From contig JAGIQG010000029.1 of the NCBI GenBank assembly GCA_024679065.1, positions 34,224,001-34,288,000 on the forward strand: a stretch of DNA of 64,000 nt, read 5' to 3'. The notes beneath the pieces are model-generated. The model saw only the letters and a program-made list of their open reading frames with translations. It was not told the origin of the DNA and did not search any database. Below, one piece after another: positions 34,825 to 47,840 of the stretch. The DNA is from Sphyrna mokarran. Lineage: Eukaryota. The stretch's first letter is position 1; every line of letters begins with the position of its first letter. The translations under genes and the position numbers were made by a program.

Positions 34825-36700
34825 GCCTACCTGGAATATCTTAACGAATTTGAGCTTCTGAAAGAGTATTTGGAAATTGTCAATATTGTAGATCAGGGAA
34901 AACCAACTTTTTAATGCACAAAACCTACGCTAACTTCATCCATATAATGACAGAACAGCTCAGAAACCAATTCACTAATAAAGAACATTGAACTAGGAGC
35001 AGGAATAGACCATCCGGTCCTTCGAGCCTGCTCCACCGTTCAATAAGATCATGGCTGACCTTTTCCAGAGCTCAGCTCACCATAACCCTCAATTCCTTTA
35101 CTGTTCAAAAATTATCTACCCTTGCCTTAAGAACATTCAATAAGGTAGCCTCAACTGCTTCACAAGGCGAGAAATTCTACAGACTCACAATGCTTTGAGT
35201 GAAAAAATTCCTCTTCAACTCAGTACTAAATTTACTCCCCCTTATTTTGAGGCTATGCCCTCTAGTTCTAGTTTCACCTGCCAATAGAAACAACCTCCCT
35301 GCTATCTTATCTATTCCCTTCATAATTTTATATGTTTCTATAAGATAACCCCCCTAAATTCCAATAAGTAAAAGATTCTCAATACTATTCCATAATAGTT
35401 GATTCAACACCAGATGTGAGTCACGTTGAGCCAATTAGCATTCATTTTGTCCAACTGCAATTCCACACTTGATGGTGGAAACAACTGTTTTGAAATCATT
35501 GAAATTTATGCTTTGATGTTAAAGATTATTGTGGCCAGAGCTTTGATAATACCATAATTATGGCAAGAAAATATCCAGGTCTATAAACAAAACTGTTTTA
35601 TTCATCCCATGTTCCAGATTTCCTTAAGTTTAACTTGCAACACTGCAGCTGAATCCTGTGAGAGCCATACTTGTTTTTTGACTTTGCTCAAATCTTGTAT
35701 GCCTTCTTTTGGTTTTTGCTCAGAGGTCGAAAATGTTGCGATCACGCTCGGGAGCGAGCATATTGAAAACATTTGATGGTCAAAAGAATTTGTGGCACCA
35801 GGTGATCTGTTTCATGCAGATGCTATTTTGGTTTGGAACTGACCTTTACTGATAAAGAAAACCTTGTTAGACATAGTTGTATTAAATTCAGAAAAACCAC
35901 GTGTGAAAACTGAAGCAAAATCCCTAGCAGAGAAGTTTGAAAAGTATGATATTGCTGTTTTTACTGCTTTGCTGAACTGTTTACTTTAAAGAATTCATGC
36001 AATCGATAAGTCTGTGCAAAATATTGATATAATTTTATGGAATGTGGCACAATTGTTAGCCTCAGTTAACAATTAGAAAGCAGAATATTAACAAAAATAC
36101 ACGTCCATGAGAAGCATTAAGTTTTTGGTGAAACAAAAGACAATGAAATCATCTTTAAATGGAAGGAGAAGATCATCGTTAAGATTGTCAATGTTATTTG
36201 TGATACAGTAATCATGCAATTACAGAGTAGAAGTAAATCTCTGAAGAAAACTGTTGATTTATTTTGCATGCTTTTCGACAGATGTTTGAATGAGAATCTA
36301 AAAGCCACTTCAGTAAGAAATTAAATGAATTCTACCGGGAGGATACAGGCACAAAATCTTTTTGAAGATAAAATGAAACAACTCATTCATTCGATAATGA
36401 TGAATTCTGAGCTTTGAGATCACCAGCTGATTTATAGATCTTTCTATGCAATGATTTCCAGGCAACTTTTCCAAATGTGGAAACCATTCTGAAAATATTT
36501 TTTGACAACGCCTGTCACAAATGCTTTCTTTCCTATATTGAAAAGAGTGAAAAATTATTTGTGAATTGCAATGATTCAGGAACATTTGACAAGTTCAGCA
36601 ATATTGATGATTGAAAGTACATCTTTCCAGGATTTAACTCACGATGATGTAATTGATGATGTTGTGGAGATGATGGCTGGAAATAAAGCTGTCTAAATTG
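34825..36700 (+). pseudogene. Decayed hAT-superfamily transposase (Tip100/ZMYM1-like), interrupted by a CR1 fragment
   Basis: KDSQYYSIIVDSTPDVSHVE (35371-35430), CGQSFDNTIIMARKYPGL (35530-35583), KRICGTR*S (35782-35808), and the hAT dimerisation region DFQATFPNVETILKIF..TPVTNA..ILKRVKNYL*IAMIQEHLTSSAILMIES (36453-36618). Multiple stops and frameshifts. Confidence 0.85.
34981..35365 (-). mobile_element. CR1 LINE 3' end inserted in the hAT relic
   Basis: aagaacattgaactaggagcagga...cttcgagcctgctccaccgttcaataagatcatggctga, a reverse-complement CR1 tail. Confidence 0.8.
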
Positions 36701-37650
36701 CCATGCCAACAAGGAATGAAGCAAAAAATTCTTTAAAATCAATCTCTCTTCCGTATTTTCTTGTTTAAATTCTGTTTTTCAATATAGACCGTTGCTGCTT
36801 TGATATAACAGCTGCAACTGGTCACTTGCTGGTTGTTCTAACCACCATCGCCTTCCAGTCTGGCCTTCAGGAAATCTTCAGGATAAAGAAGAGAATGCTG
36901 ATGGACAAAGCCACTGATTGGAGTATTTGCTCCTGTGCTGGATTGACTCACTCCGTCCTGAACTGACCTGTCCTGAAGTGATCTCATTGACTGACTTTCC
37001 ATCTCATTACTCATTGGCAGCCTCAAAAGTCACAAGTTGCAATATTTTTAACATCTTCCTGAGAACAGCCTGGATTCCAATTCTGCAATTATAATAGTGT
37101 TTTCATAAATTAAAAAATACAGATCAACTAGTGTATTTTTGTACATACATCTTCAGCATTCTGTGGACTATGGATGGGTTTTGGGGGAACGGGGTTAGGA
37201 TGGGCAGGTATGGGAGGTTCATAGTGTCATTGGGAGTGGGGTGTCACAGCACAAGGACAGCAGGGTGGCAGCTGGGGAGTTAATTAACAGGGGAGGGCTC
37301 CAGGATGGTGAGTTGGGCCCCTCCCCAAATGTAAGTCAACTACGGAGATGGAGGATCCTTCAGAAGGAGGGCTTGGGTTTCCTTTTAAGCAAGAGGCAGG
37401 CTTCAGGAAACCACCTCCGTGTAGTCATTTCTCTAGTCAGATTGCCAATGCGTAGCAGCATGAGCAACTGGAGAAATCGGCAGAGAATCTGCCCTTGAGG
37501 AACTTCCATGATGTTGACAGGGTTCTGATAAGAAGTTGCTCTCCTCCTTATTAAATAATGTCTGACCCACTGGTGAAGAGCAAGAGATAAAACACCAGTG
37601 ATTTTTCTGGAAACTCTGAGAGGCCAAATAGCTGCTGGGGGGAATGATGG

Positions 37651-37870
37651 TTTAGTGGAGAAGTGGGTATTGTCATGTGGCACAAATCTGTCTGCGACTC
37701 GAGTAATGGGGGAGTGGGAGATTAGTGGGGGAATGGGTGTTGTCGTGTGATACAGAGTTATCTGTGATTCAGACAGCGGGATTGTTTCTGGGGTGGGGGG
37801 GGTGGTTTAGTGAGGAAATAGGTATTATTGTATGGTACAAGGCTATCTGCAATTTGGGCAGTGGGTTCAT
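37651..37870. repeat. Three diverged ~70-85-bp tandem units
   Basis: ttagtg..gaa.tgggt.ttgt..tgtg..aca....t.tctg.gatt recurs at about 37651, 37722 and 37806. Confidence 0.6.
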
Positions 37871-37889
37871 TGCTGGTCAAAGGTTATGA

Positions 37890-38270
37890 GTTTGAGATCA
37901 ATTCCAGAAAGTTGAGTAAAATTTGAAATGATGCTCCCACTGCACGTACTGAGGGAGTGCTGCACTGCCGGGAGTTCTGCACTGCCAGCAGTGCTGGCTT
38001 TCAGGCAAGATATTAAATTGAGGCCCTTTCTTCCCTCTGGGATGGTGCTATTTTGAAGAAGAGTTTTTACTGGTATGCTAACTGTTTATTGATGTCTCTA
38101 ACACAGTTGGTCTGGTTATTATCACATTGCTGTTAGTGAGATCTTGTCATGCACTCATTGGCTGCTTTTCCTACATTACTAGAGAGACTACATTTCAAAA
38201 GTGCATTTGATTGGAGAGGAGTCTGGGACCTTCTGTGGCTGTGAAAGGCGCTATATAAATACAAGTGTTT
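37890..38270 (+). mobile_element. DeuSINE-like copy
   Basis: gtactgagggagtgctgcactg...ctattttgaagaagag...attatcacattgctgtt...gtgaaaggcgctatataaatacaagt. Confidence 0.75.
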
Positions 38271-38859
38271 TGTATATATATCAGAGATCTTGGCTGAATT
38301 AACAATAATTGAGGATGTACTTTTGACAATCCAAAGAGGGTAAATCACTGAGGTTCCCACTGGACAATGACACAACTATTCCAGGTTTTCCTTGTGCTGG
38401 AATAGCTGGTTGGGATTGAGCAGTTGTATCCATGTGGTTTTGACAGAAGCTGGTAAAACTAGGTGCTAACAAACCGTACCTTCAAAAAAAAAACCACAAG
38501 TGCTTTTGAGAATGGAAATGGGTGAGAGTCATCCCCTCATGTCTGAAAATGATTTCATTGAAACAGTGAAAATTAATGGTAACTAACCATCATGTATCTG
38601 AATGTGACTCATGTTGAATGTTAGTCATTCTCCAATAGATGAAAGGGTGTCACTAACCATCTCACAGGCACCTTCAAACATTCAGAACTTTAACCAAATT
38701 TACCCCACCCCACCTTCTTAACCAGGTTGCAGTGCACCCCACACAGCTCTTGTTCTGAGGGTCAGTCTGACAGTATGTGGCTTCGTGTCCATGCTCGCGG
38801 AACATTCGCTGTGTGTGATGACTTTAACCAGGTTAATGAGATTGGCTTGCTACGGTATG

Positions 38860-39045
38860 AACTACCTGTTGCGTTTTAATTGATGGTTAAATCAGGGAGC
38901 TCATACTCCTTATTTAAAGCAGGTGTGTCAGACTCCCAGTCTGCATTCAGCAGGGAGCAGCTGGAGAGCTGGCTGTGTACAAACATACGGTGTAAATAAA
39001 GTAACCTGGTGTTGGAACTTGCAACTCCATGAAGTTGTTATTATA
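38860..39045 (+). mobile_element. Possible solo-LTR-like repeat
   Basis: TATA-like tatttaaag and AATAAA, plus similarity to the split host at 30200-31106. Confidence 0.35.
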
Positions 39046-40089
39046 GCATTCCACACCCATATGTTTTAAAGAACAGAACTATTGTTTAAGAAACAATGCC
39101 TGCTGCAATATATTTTTGAACCGGCGCTGTGTGGCAATATGACAGACTGTGTCATAACAGCGATAATATCAGAGTGTTCTACACCAGTCTGCCAGGTGTG
39201 ATCCCCAAACTGCAATCATCCCCCATGCTCTCTTGGAGAGCAGTGAGTTGCAGACTGGTACTGGGGAGCAGCAACTAAACGCACTGGTAATCCGGGCTGC
39301 AGAGAGCTGGTCTGCCATTGTGTAAGGGCTCCCCAAATACACAGCGTACTGGGAGACACTCCCCCACCCCCTGCTATTGGTAGCACATTCTCCCACCCTC
39401 TCCACAAGATGGGTCACCATCATCGGGGCTTTCTTAATGGGTCCCCTATGCACCCCCACACCCTACAGCCATGACCTCTGTTTGGCACTGGGTGGAGATC
39501 TGATTCTGAGGCCAGCTCACTGTTTTCAGGATTGATGTGACCTGGATAACGAGGTTGGGAAATTGCCCCTATGAGTCATTGCTAGCAAACAATTGCTGAC
39601 AGCTTTACAAGTGGGCATTGGGTAGGAACAGGATGGGAAAGCCTTTCAATCCAGGAGGAATTGTTAAAGAGAATGCCTTGACTGCTTTTGAGGAGATAAT
39701 GGAAGGATCTCTTACCTGGGGTAAGGAGTCCATTGTGGCTGAAAGATTTGATGACGCAGTGGAACGTATGGAGAATGTGGGTCCTGTTTTCTAAGCGATT
39801 AGATTTTGAGATGAATGGGATGTGCTGGTTTCCATGGTCCATGGTAAGCTGTAGTCTATTTTTTTGTGAATTGCTTAGAGCGTTTGTAGTTTTTTTTTGA
39901 ATGGTATAGTGTCAGTTTAGGGTGGATTTTGACCAAAAGTGAGAGGGCAGAGATGGAGACCAAAGGTTCTGGGAGACCCAGCCTGGATTCCTCAGAATTC
40001 AAAATGGACAAATTAATGAATCATTCCTCTGGCTGATTTGAGAACCTAGATGCCATCATTCCAACTCACAGGAGATCGTTCAGAAACTC

Positions 40090-40427
40090 CATAGAATAGA
40101 ATCCCTCCTGTGCAAAAGGAAGCCATTCAGCCCATGGAGTCTGCACTGACAACAATCCCACCCACGTTCTATCCACACAACTCCACATATTTTACCCCAC
40201 TAAGCCCTCTAACCTACACATCCCAGGACATCCAGGGCAATTTAGTGTGGCCAATCAATCTAACCAGCACATCTTTTGGAGTGTGAGAGGAAACCGGAGC
40301 ACCCGGAGGAAACCCACGCAGATGTGGGGAGAATGTGCAAACTCCACATGGATGGTGACCTGAGGCTGGAATCGAACCAGGATCTCTGATGCTGTGAGGC
40401 AGCAGTGCTAACCATTGTGCCCACCCA
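40090..40427 (-). mobile_element. V-SINE with CR1-type tail
   Basis: Full reverse-complement match. Confidence 0.88.
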
Positions 40428-42594
40428 TTCAATTTTCATTTGAAATGATGTGACAAACACGTCTATAGAATCTATTACAGGTCAATTCTTCTCAGTAAGA
40501 ATCAGGGTTTCTGTCTTTTATTGTCTATAAATGCACGAAATGATCTTTCTTTTTCTTAGATCTGATATGATCCACCTTTTAAAGCTCTGATTCTCTTCAC
40601 TGCTAATTCAATCGTCAAAACCTCTCATTCCACTGATTCAGACATTAGAAATCTTCAATCCCAGGGCAACTCGATGTTCACCTTTCTCCAGTTCATTAAG
40701 TTCACGTGAGTCTCTCTGGTTGGTAACAGTTTGTTTTAAAATGGTTTCTTGGACAGTAATTTGATAATGTGTGGAGTTGAAAGGTTACACTAGGGGGACA
40801 ACTATCCATGCTGGTGTGCCCATATTTAGAATATCAGCCCGTTTACAGAAAGGGTGATGTAAATAAGAGCCCCATTTGCATGTTGCTTCCTAAATAGTTG
40901 AAAGAGAACTTTATGCACAGGAAATGTCAACCAATCTGTCAGCAGTGTGAAACAGTGAGCCAACACCATGTCAAATTAAACACCCTTTTATGACCTTAAG
41001 GGCAACACAATATGACTTCCAACCAATGAAGTATCTTTTTCTGATGTGTAGTCGCTGATGAAGAAATGTAGCTGTCAATTTACGCACAACAAGCTCCACA
41101 CTCAGCGTTACAATGGTGATATGATAAACTCCTCCAATTCTGACCTCTTGAGCAACCCCCGATTTTAATCACTTCAACACAGTGCCTTCAGTTCCCTATG
41201 CCCTATCTCAAAAATTCCCTCCCTAAATCCATGTAGTATGTGTGTCTCTCTCTCTCCCTCTTTCAAATCCTGTTCTATATCTCTTTTATGTGATTGGGAT
41301 GTTACATGTTGCCTAATAATTCTTCTATAAAATGCCTTGGGATGTTTTTACTGTGTTAAGGGATTTTACAAATAAATTCTTTCATAGGAGCTAGGTATTA
41401 TTAATGAAGCCAGCATTGGCGATATATATATTCCTCATAAAAATAAGAGATAAGGGGGAATGGGGAACAGGTAGGAAGGTGGATTTGAGATGAGAAAGAG
41501 ATTAGTCGTGGTCTGACTGTATGGTGGAGCTGGCTCATGGGGCTAAATTTGCCAACTTCTGCTCCTAATTCCAATGTTGTTGCCCATGCCTAATTGCCCT
41601 TGACTTCACGGGGCTTGCTAAGCCACTGCTGGAGTCTGGAGTCACGTGTGGGTTATATTTAAAGTGGTATAAAGGAACCAGATGGGTTTTTAACAACAAT
41701 TGCTGATAGTTGTGGTAGTCACCACCAGCTGCCATGTGCTGTGTTCCTGGATAACTAGCCCAGTGACATTGCCACTATTCCATCATCTACCTTTAAAGGC
41801 AAAAGAAACAGAGCCACGTTCGATCTTTACTAACAGATGCCGTCTGAGTGCAAACAGGAATTCACATTATGCAAACACCCGGTCTCCTCCTGGCATAGGT
41901 TTTTTAATCTTTTCCATAAAGTTGGCACTTCTGACTGGAAGTTGAAGTACTGCCCACACATTGCGGCCAGTGTGAGTCCTCCTGTGTTGAACAGCACATT
42001 GGTTGTTCTGAGTCTGTTTCTCGACTGTTTTCTTTGTCTTTAAGTCTGTGATTGCCACAGGAGTCATATCAGCTCTTGCTGTATGCCTGATGCTGATTCT
42101 AAAGCCATTTCCTGAGGGTCTGGTAGCTAGCTTTCACTTTGTCTGTGCTGTTTTACTGTTTTAATGTTGAGTTTTGAAATGGATTTGCGTGGGTTGAATC
42201 GGAGGAAGCTGTGTGTTTGTGATATTATAGTAGCCCCTGTGTTTGACCAGTATTGTGTGGGTGGTATTTAAGAATTAGATCACAATCTCCATGGCATCTC
42301 CTGTCTAAAGCAATTCTTTTTGCAATGAAAGAGCAAATATCCAAACTTGTTTTTGTTTATGTAAAGTTGTGGTCTGTTAAACTTGGTCTCATCTGTTCAC
42401 CACCTGAAGCCTATCCACATGGGAATGTTAAAGTTTACAGTGAAGTAGGAAGTTCTGGTCGCTGTGGGTCCCAGTGCTTTCCTGATATTCTGTTGGTTGT
42501 GGGAAGACATTATAGTTCAGTTGCTCATTTTTCTCCACAACCCCACAATGTAAGTTGATGACACTCGTCTCCATTGGCCGACAAGAAACCTACC

Positions 42595-43328
42595 CAATAC
42601 AGTAAATGGCAGAACCCTTAAGAGTATTGATTGGCAGAGGGATCTGGGTGTACAGGTCACTGAAAGTGGCAACTCAAGTGGAGAAGGTAGTCCAGAAGGC
42701 ATACGGCATGTTTGCCTTCATCAGCTGGGGCACTGACTTTAAAAATTGGCAAGTCATGTTGTAGCTTTATAGATCCTTAGTTAGGCCGCACTTGGAATAT
42801 AGTGTTCAATTCTGGTCCCACACTATCAAAAGGATGTGGAGGCTTTGGAGAGAATACAGAAAAACTTTACCAGGATGTTGCCTGGTATAGAGGGCATTAG
42901 CTATGAGGAGAGGTTGGAGAAACTTGGTTTGTTCTCACTGGAGCGACGGAGGTTGAGGGGTGACCTGATATAGAACAGTTCAAGGTTATGAGGGGCATGG
43001 ACAGAGTGGATAGTCAGAAGCTTTTTCCGAGGGTGGAAGGTTCAATTACTGGGGACACAGGTTTAAAGTGTGAGGGGCAAGGTTTAAAGTAGATGTGAGG
43101 CAAGTTGTTTACACAGGGTGGTGGGTACCTGGAACTCACTGCCGAGGAGGTTGTGGAAACAGATAAAACAATGACTTTTAAAGGGCATCTGGACAAATAC
43201 ATGAATAGGATGGGAATAGAGATAGGGTCCCTGGAAGGATAGGGGGTTTTAGTTCAGTTATGCAGCATGGTCAGTGCAGACTTGGAGGCTGAAGGGCCTG
43301 TTCCTGTGCTGTAATTTTCTTCATTCTT
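42595..43328 (+). mobile_element. CR1 (HER1-like) LINE, 5'-truncated
   Basis: [29 protein letters not shown] and LSYEERLEKLGLFSLERRRLRGDL motifs, then the 3' tail. Confidence 0.92.
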
Positions 43329-43487
43329 TGTAACGCTGCCAACTCCAATTTATTCTGCTTTGTGTGCCTATTCTCTGCTTCTGCATTTTGGTGCTTGCCT
43401 GTATTGGCCCCTCGGCCTTAACTGCAGTGCATTCAAAATCGTAATGCCTGTTTACACACATAATTTGAAGCCTTTCCCCATCCCATT

Positions 43488-43724
43488 TCATAGAATCCCA
43501 CAGTGCAGAAGGAAGCCGCTCAAATCTTCACTGTCAGAGCCTCCCACGCAGGCCCTTTCCCCGTAATCCCGTGCATTTATCCCACTTATCATTAAATCTG
43601 CGCATCTTTGGACTGTGGGAGGAAACCAGAGCACCCGGGGGAAACCTACGCAGAGACAGGGAGAATGTGCGTGTGGAGTTTGCACAAACTGTCACCCAAG
43701 GCTGGAATTGAACCTGGGTCCCCT
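43488..43724 (-). mobile_element. V-SINE with CR1-type tail
   Basis: Reverse-complement match, 5'-truncated. Confidence 0.8.
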
Positions 43725-44861
43725 TGTTTAGTTAAATAATGTCATGGGATCATTTGTGTCCAGCTGAGATGGCATCTCAGACAGTACAGCATTCCCTCAG
43801 TGCCGCACTCTTGCTGATTATGTATGCCAGTATTAGCTCTGCTGCTCATTTCTGTGGTGTCTTCCAAGAAGATAAAAGCATAAGGAATATTGAGCCTACT
43901 CCAACAGTCAATAAAATCATCCACCTCTTTGTCCTCAACTCTTTAGCAATGCTAACTCTGGCAGTCTCTCCTCAACTGCAGCTTTTGTGATGACTTCAGT
44001 CAAGTTATCTCAAGATTCGATCTTCTCTAAATCTTACTTTTTCTTTCAGCTTTTTAAAGCTTGCCCTATCTGACTCTGGAAGGTTCTGGCATGGATTTTG
44101 CAAATAGGGTGAGAGGGATTGGATTTAGCTGTAATTTTATGCATGCAGAAAGTGCGTGAGGCACTGAAGGGGCAGTTAGTTCAGAGGGAGATGAAAGGGG
44201 GAAGAATGTTGAAATGATATCATTTGTAGTATTTATATTTCTTTTTATAATTAGTGTTAGCTGTTTCCATTCGCAAACCACAATATGGTGGATAGAACAA
44301 CCTTTGAGTTTGGCTGTGTTTGATTAACTTGAGGTGCGACATTTTAGCATATGTGTCTGTGTCTGCACACACTCTATAGATTGTGGAGTTAAAATAAATT
44401 GGTGTTTCTCCAGTTACAGAAATAATGTTTGTAAAATGTAGCTGACGTTCTTTTTCAGGAAATATTTAGGAACTAGTCCTAACTGCTCACTCCTTTCTCA
44501 CCTGATGGTAGCAGTGGGAGAGGGGCCAATGTCAACACCGGTGTGGTTTATGCTCTTGCTTTCCTGCCACACCTCGCCTGACCATGGTGGGTCAGGAGAG
44601 TGTGTGTCCCGCTTCACGCTATAATGCGTCAGGCGCACAGATAGTTGACCAGGAAACTCCCCGAGGTGGTTTGATCGCCACTGCAGCAACGTAGTTCAGT
44701 GCTCAAATTAGAAATTCAGCAGAATCTTCTTTCCTCCTTACTGTCTAAGTGTGATCGCTGCAACCAAATAAACAGCAGGGACTTAGAGAAACTGCACTTC
44801 TAAATTTTTAAAAATTAATCTCCACCCTGCTCCTCCTCCCCCACCTTTTGAAGTATTAAGA

Positions 44862-45242
44862 AAATTACAGCACAGGAATAGGCCTTTCAGCCCTCCCAGC
44901 CTGCACCGACCATGCTGAACTAAAACCCTCTATCCTTCCAGGGATCGTATCTCTTTATTCCTGTCCTACTCACGTATATGTCAAGATGCAGTTTAAAACT
45001 CACTATTGTATCTGCTTCTACAAACCTTCCCAGACAGCAAGTTCCAGGCACCCACCACTCTGTGTGGGGGAAAAAAAAACTTGCTTCATAAATCTCCTTT
45101 AAACTTTGCCCTTCGCACTTTAAATCTATTCCCACTAGCAAATGACTCTTCCACCCTGGGAAAAGATTTCTAACAATCCACTCTGTCTATGCCCCCTTGT
45201 AGACTCCTATCAGGTCTCCCCTCAATCTCCGTTGTTCCAGTA
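44862..45242 (-). mobile_element. CR1 (HER1-like) LINE 3' end
   Basis: Reverse complement of 42950-43325; encodes LEQRRLRGDLIGVYK. Confidence 0.88.
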
Positions 45243-45427
45243 AAGTTTGTTTGTTGTTGCAATCTGTTGTTGTTGTGTTCTGTGTGATCTGTTCATTTGC
45301 GTGGACTGTACCTTTTATCATTTTTTTTGTGGTTGCACAACCATGGTATCTTAAGGAAACAACTTGTAAGCAACGCACGTTTGCTTAGCTTGCAGGGCCC
45401 CTGGGTGTAATTTAGGCAACTCAGCTT

Positions 45428-45767
45428 AGGGTGGCACGGTGGTTAGCAATGCTGCTTCACAGCGCCAGGGTCCTAGCCTCAATTCCAGCCTTGGGGGAAC
45501 TGCCTGTGTGGAGTTTGCATATTCTCCCCGTGTCTGCATGGGTTTCCTCCGGGTGCTCCAGTTTCTTCCCACAGTCAAAAGATGTGCAGGTTGGGTGGAC
45601 TGGTCATGCTAAATTGCCCCTTAGTGTCCCAAATTGCCCCTTAGTGTCCAGGTTAAGAGAATTAGTGGGGTAAACACAAGGGGTTATGTGGGATTGGGCG
45701 TGGCTGGGATGCTTTGTCAGAGAGTCGGTGGGCTGAATGGCCTCCTGTGCTGTAGAGGTTCTATGAT
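45428..45767 (+). mobile_element. V-SINE with CR1-type tail and an internal 20-bp duplication
   Basis: aaattgccccttagtgtcc occurs twice at 45611-45649. Confidence 0.88.
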
Positions 45768-46564
45768 CAATTGTGTACAGTAAGATCCCACAAACACATT
45801 GTGATAATGGGCAGTTATCCATGATGTTGGCTGGAAAACCGGCAACAATTTTCTGTACTGCCACACTTTTCCCCTCGAGTTGTATTGTCTCAGAGGTCTG
45901 GAGGTTTGTATGATTGAAAATAAAATGGTCGTTATTAGCACAGAACTAAATACATATCTCCCAGGTATAGCCCTAACCACATTCACTTCTCTCAGCCCTC
46001 TCTCTACGCTGCCCCTATCATGCGGTTCTCACACTGTGGGTTAGACTATTCCCCATCCCACATTCACCTTTATTAAAGCAAACACCTCTATATTACACCC
46101 AGGAAACCGGAGACTGCTTTCCCATTCCTCTTGATCTTCCCTATAGGGTCAGTTTTCAGCACTTTTTAAACATTTTTTAAAAAATCCAGTTCTTCTCCCC
46201 TGAAGACACTGAATCTTTGCTCAGATTTTGAAGATGGACACTCAAATTTATATGATACAATATTGGGAGACTTGAGAAAGGGGCTTTGAGGGGAGAGTTT
46301 GGGGGTTTGGAGGGAGGAGCTTTGAGGGGAGAGTTGGAAGACTGGGGGGAGGGCATCGATGGGCCAGAAGACCTTTTACACATCCTGAACCTTTTTTCCG
46401 TTGGATTGCTGTCAAACGGAAAACACAGCGGGTTCTCAATGTTGTGGGTTGTTTAATCTGAAGGTGTGACTCCCATTTTAGCAACTGGGACTAAAAGGTT
46501 GTAGTCGAGCTGCTTTGAGATGAAGACTTTGTTGACGAAGAGAGAGAGGGTGTATCTGGACGGA

Positions 46565-46946
46565 CCTCATGCAAACGTAGAGAGAGTGCAAACTCCACAC
46601 AGACAGTCACTCGAGGCTGGAATTGAACCTGGGTCTCTGGCTCTTTTGAGGCAGCTGTGCAGCGGCACATTTGTTAGCATTGCTGCCTCAGAGTACCAGG
46701 GACCCATGTTTGATTCCTGGCTTGGGTCACTGTTTGTGGGGTGTCTGTACATTCTCCCCATGTCTGCTGGGTTTCCTCAGGATGCTCTGGTTTCCTCTCT
46801 CAATCCAAAAGATGCCCTCAGTGTGTCTGAATTGGTGCCGGAGTGTAGTGACTAGGGGATTTTCACAGTAACTTTGTTGCAGTGTTGATGTAAACCTGAT
46901 TGTGACACTAATGAATAAACTAACCACTGTGCCAACATGTTGCCCC
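46565..46946. mobile_element. V-SINE (+, type 2, ~46661-46920) nested in the head of a V-SINE (-)
   Basis: The minus copy breaks at gaggcagctgtgc| and resumes |taaccactgtgcc after the inner tail aataaac. Confidence 0.8.
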
Positions 46947-47439
46947 ACGTGCGAGTGGTGCGAGAGAATTGAAGATTCTTTCTTTTCCTGCATTTTAAAT
47001 GACTCTATTTTCTTTTGGAGCATGTATCAGGATTTATATTCACAAGACAATTGCATAAATTGATTGGGTAGTTTCCATTTAAATAACATCTTAATGTTAC
47101 AGCATGATTTGAATAATTGCCTTGTTTGTAAGGGCCACAATTTATTGAAACTTCCTTTTTAGCTATTTGCAGTCTTTATCTGTAATTTTTCAAACATCCT
47201 TCCTCACATGCTAGTGGTTTTGTGTTCAGATCAGTAATCCTGAGTCTGCATACCCTAATAATGTGGAGAATTGGAGTTCAAATCCTATCATGACTAATGT
47301 AAAATTTGATTTCAGTTTTAAAAAAAAACTGAAAATAGAAAATTGGCATCAGTAAACTTAATTCTTTTGGAACTGATTTGTTTTAAAAAAAAATTCTGAA
47401 CTAGTTCATTAATAACATTTTTCAGGGAAGATCCTGATC

Positions 47440-47840
47440 TATAGATTGGAGAGGCTCAGACTGTTCTCCTTGGAGAGAAGAAGGCTAAAAGGAGAATTGA
47501 TAGAAAAGCTCAAAATCATGAGGAGGCTGAACAGAAAGGGGGAAACTGTTCCTGCTCGGAAAAGGATCAAGAATGAGAGGGCACAGATTGAAAATGATTT
47601 GCAGAAAGAGTAAATGTGATATGAGAAACTTCCACCCAGCGGATGGTTGGGGTCTGGAATGCTCTGCTGGATATATAATGGGGGCAGGTTCAATTGAGGT
47701 ATTCATGAGTGCATTAGATGATTGTTTCTATTCAAGGAATGTGCAGGGAGAAAGGGGCAAGGCCTAATGTCCATTCAGAAAGCCAGTACAGATATGATGA
47801 GCCAAATGGCCTCTTTCTACAGCATAAAGATTTTGTGATG
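47440..47840 (+). mobile_element. CR1 LINE 3' end within a degraded SINE-B (47210-48065)
   Basis: RLERLRLFSLERRRLKGELI motif; SINE-B pieces on both sides. Confidence 0.75.

Noticed and set aside
46275-46350. Short direct duplication gctttgaggggagagtt
   Set aside because: Ordinary local slippage in G-rich sequence.
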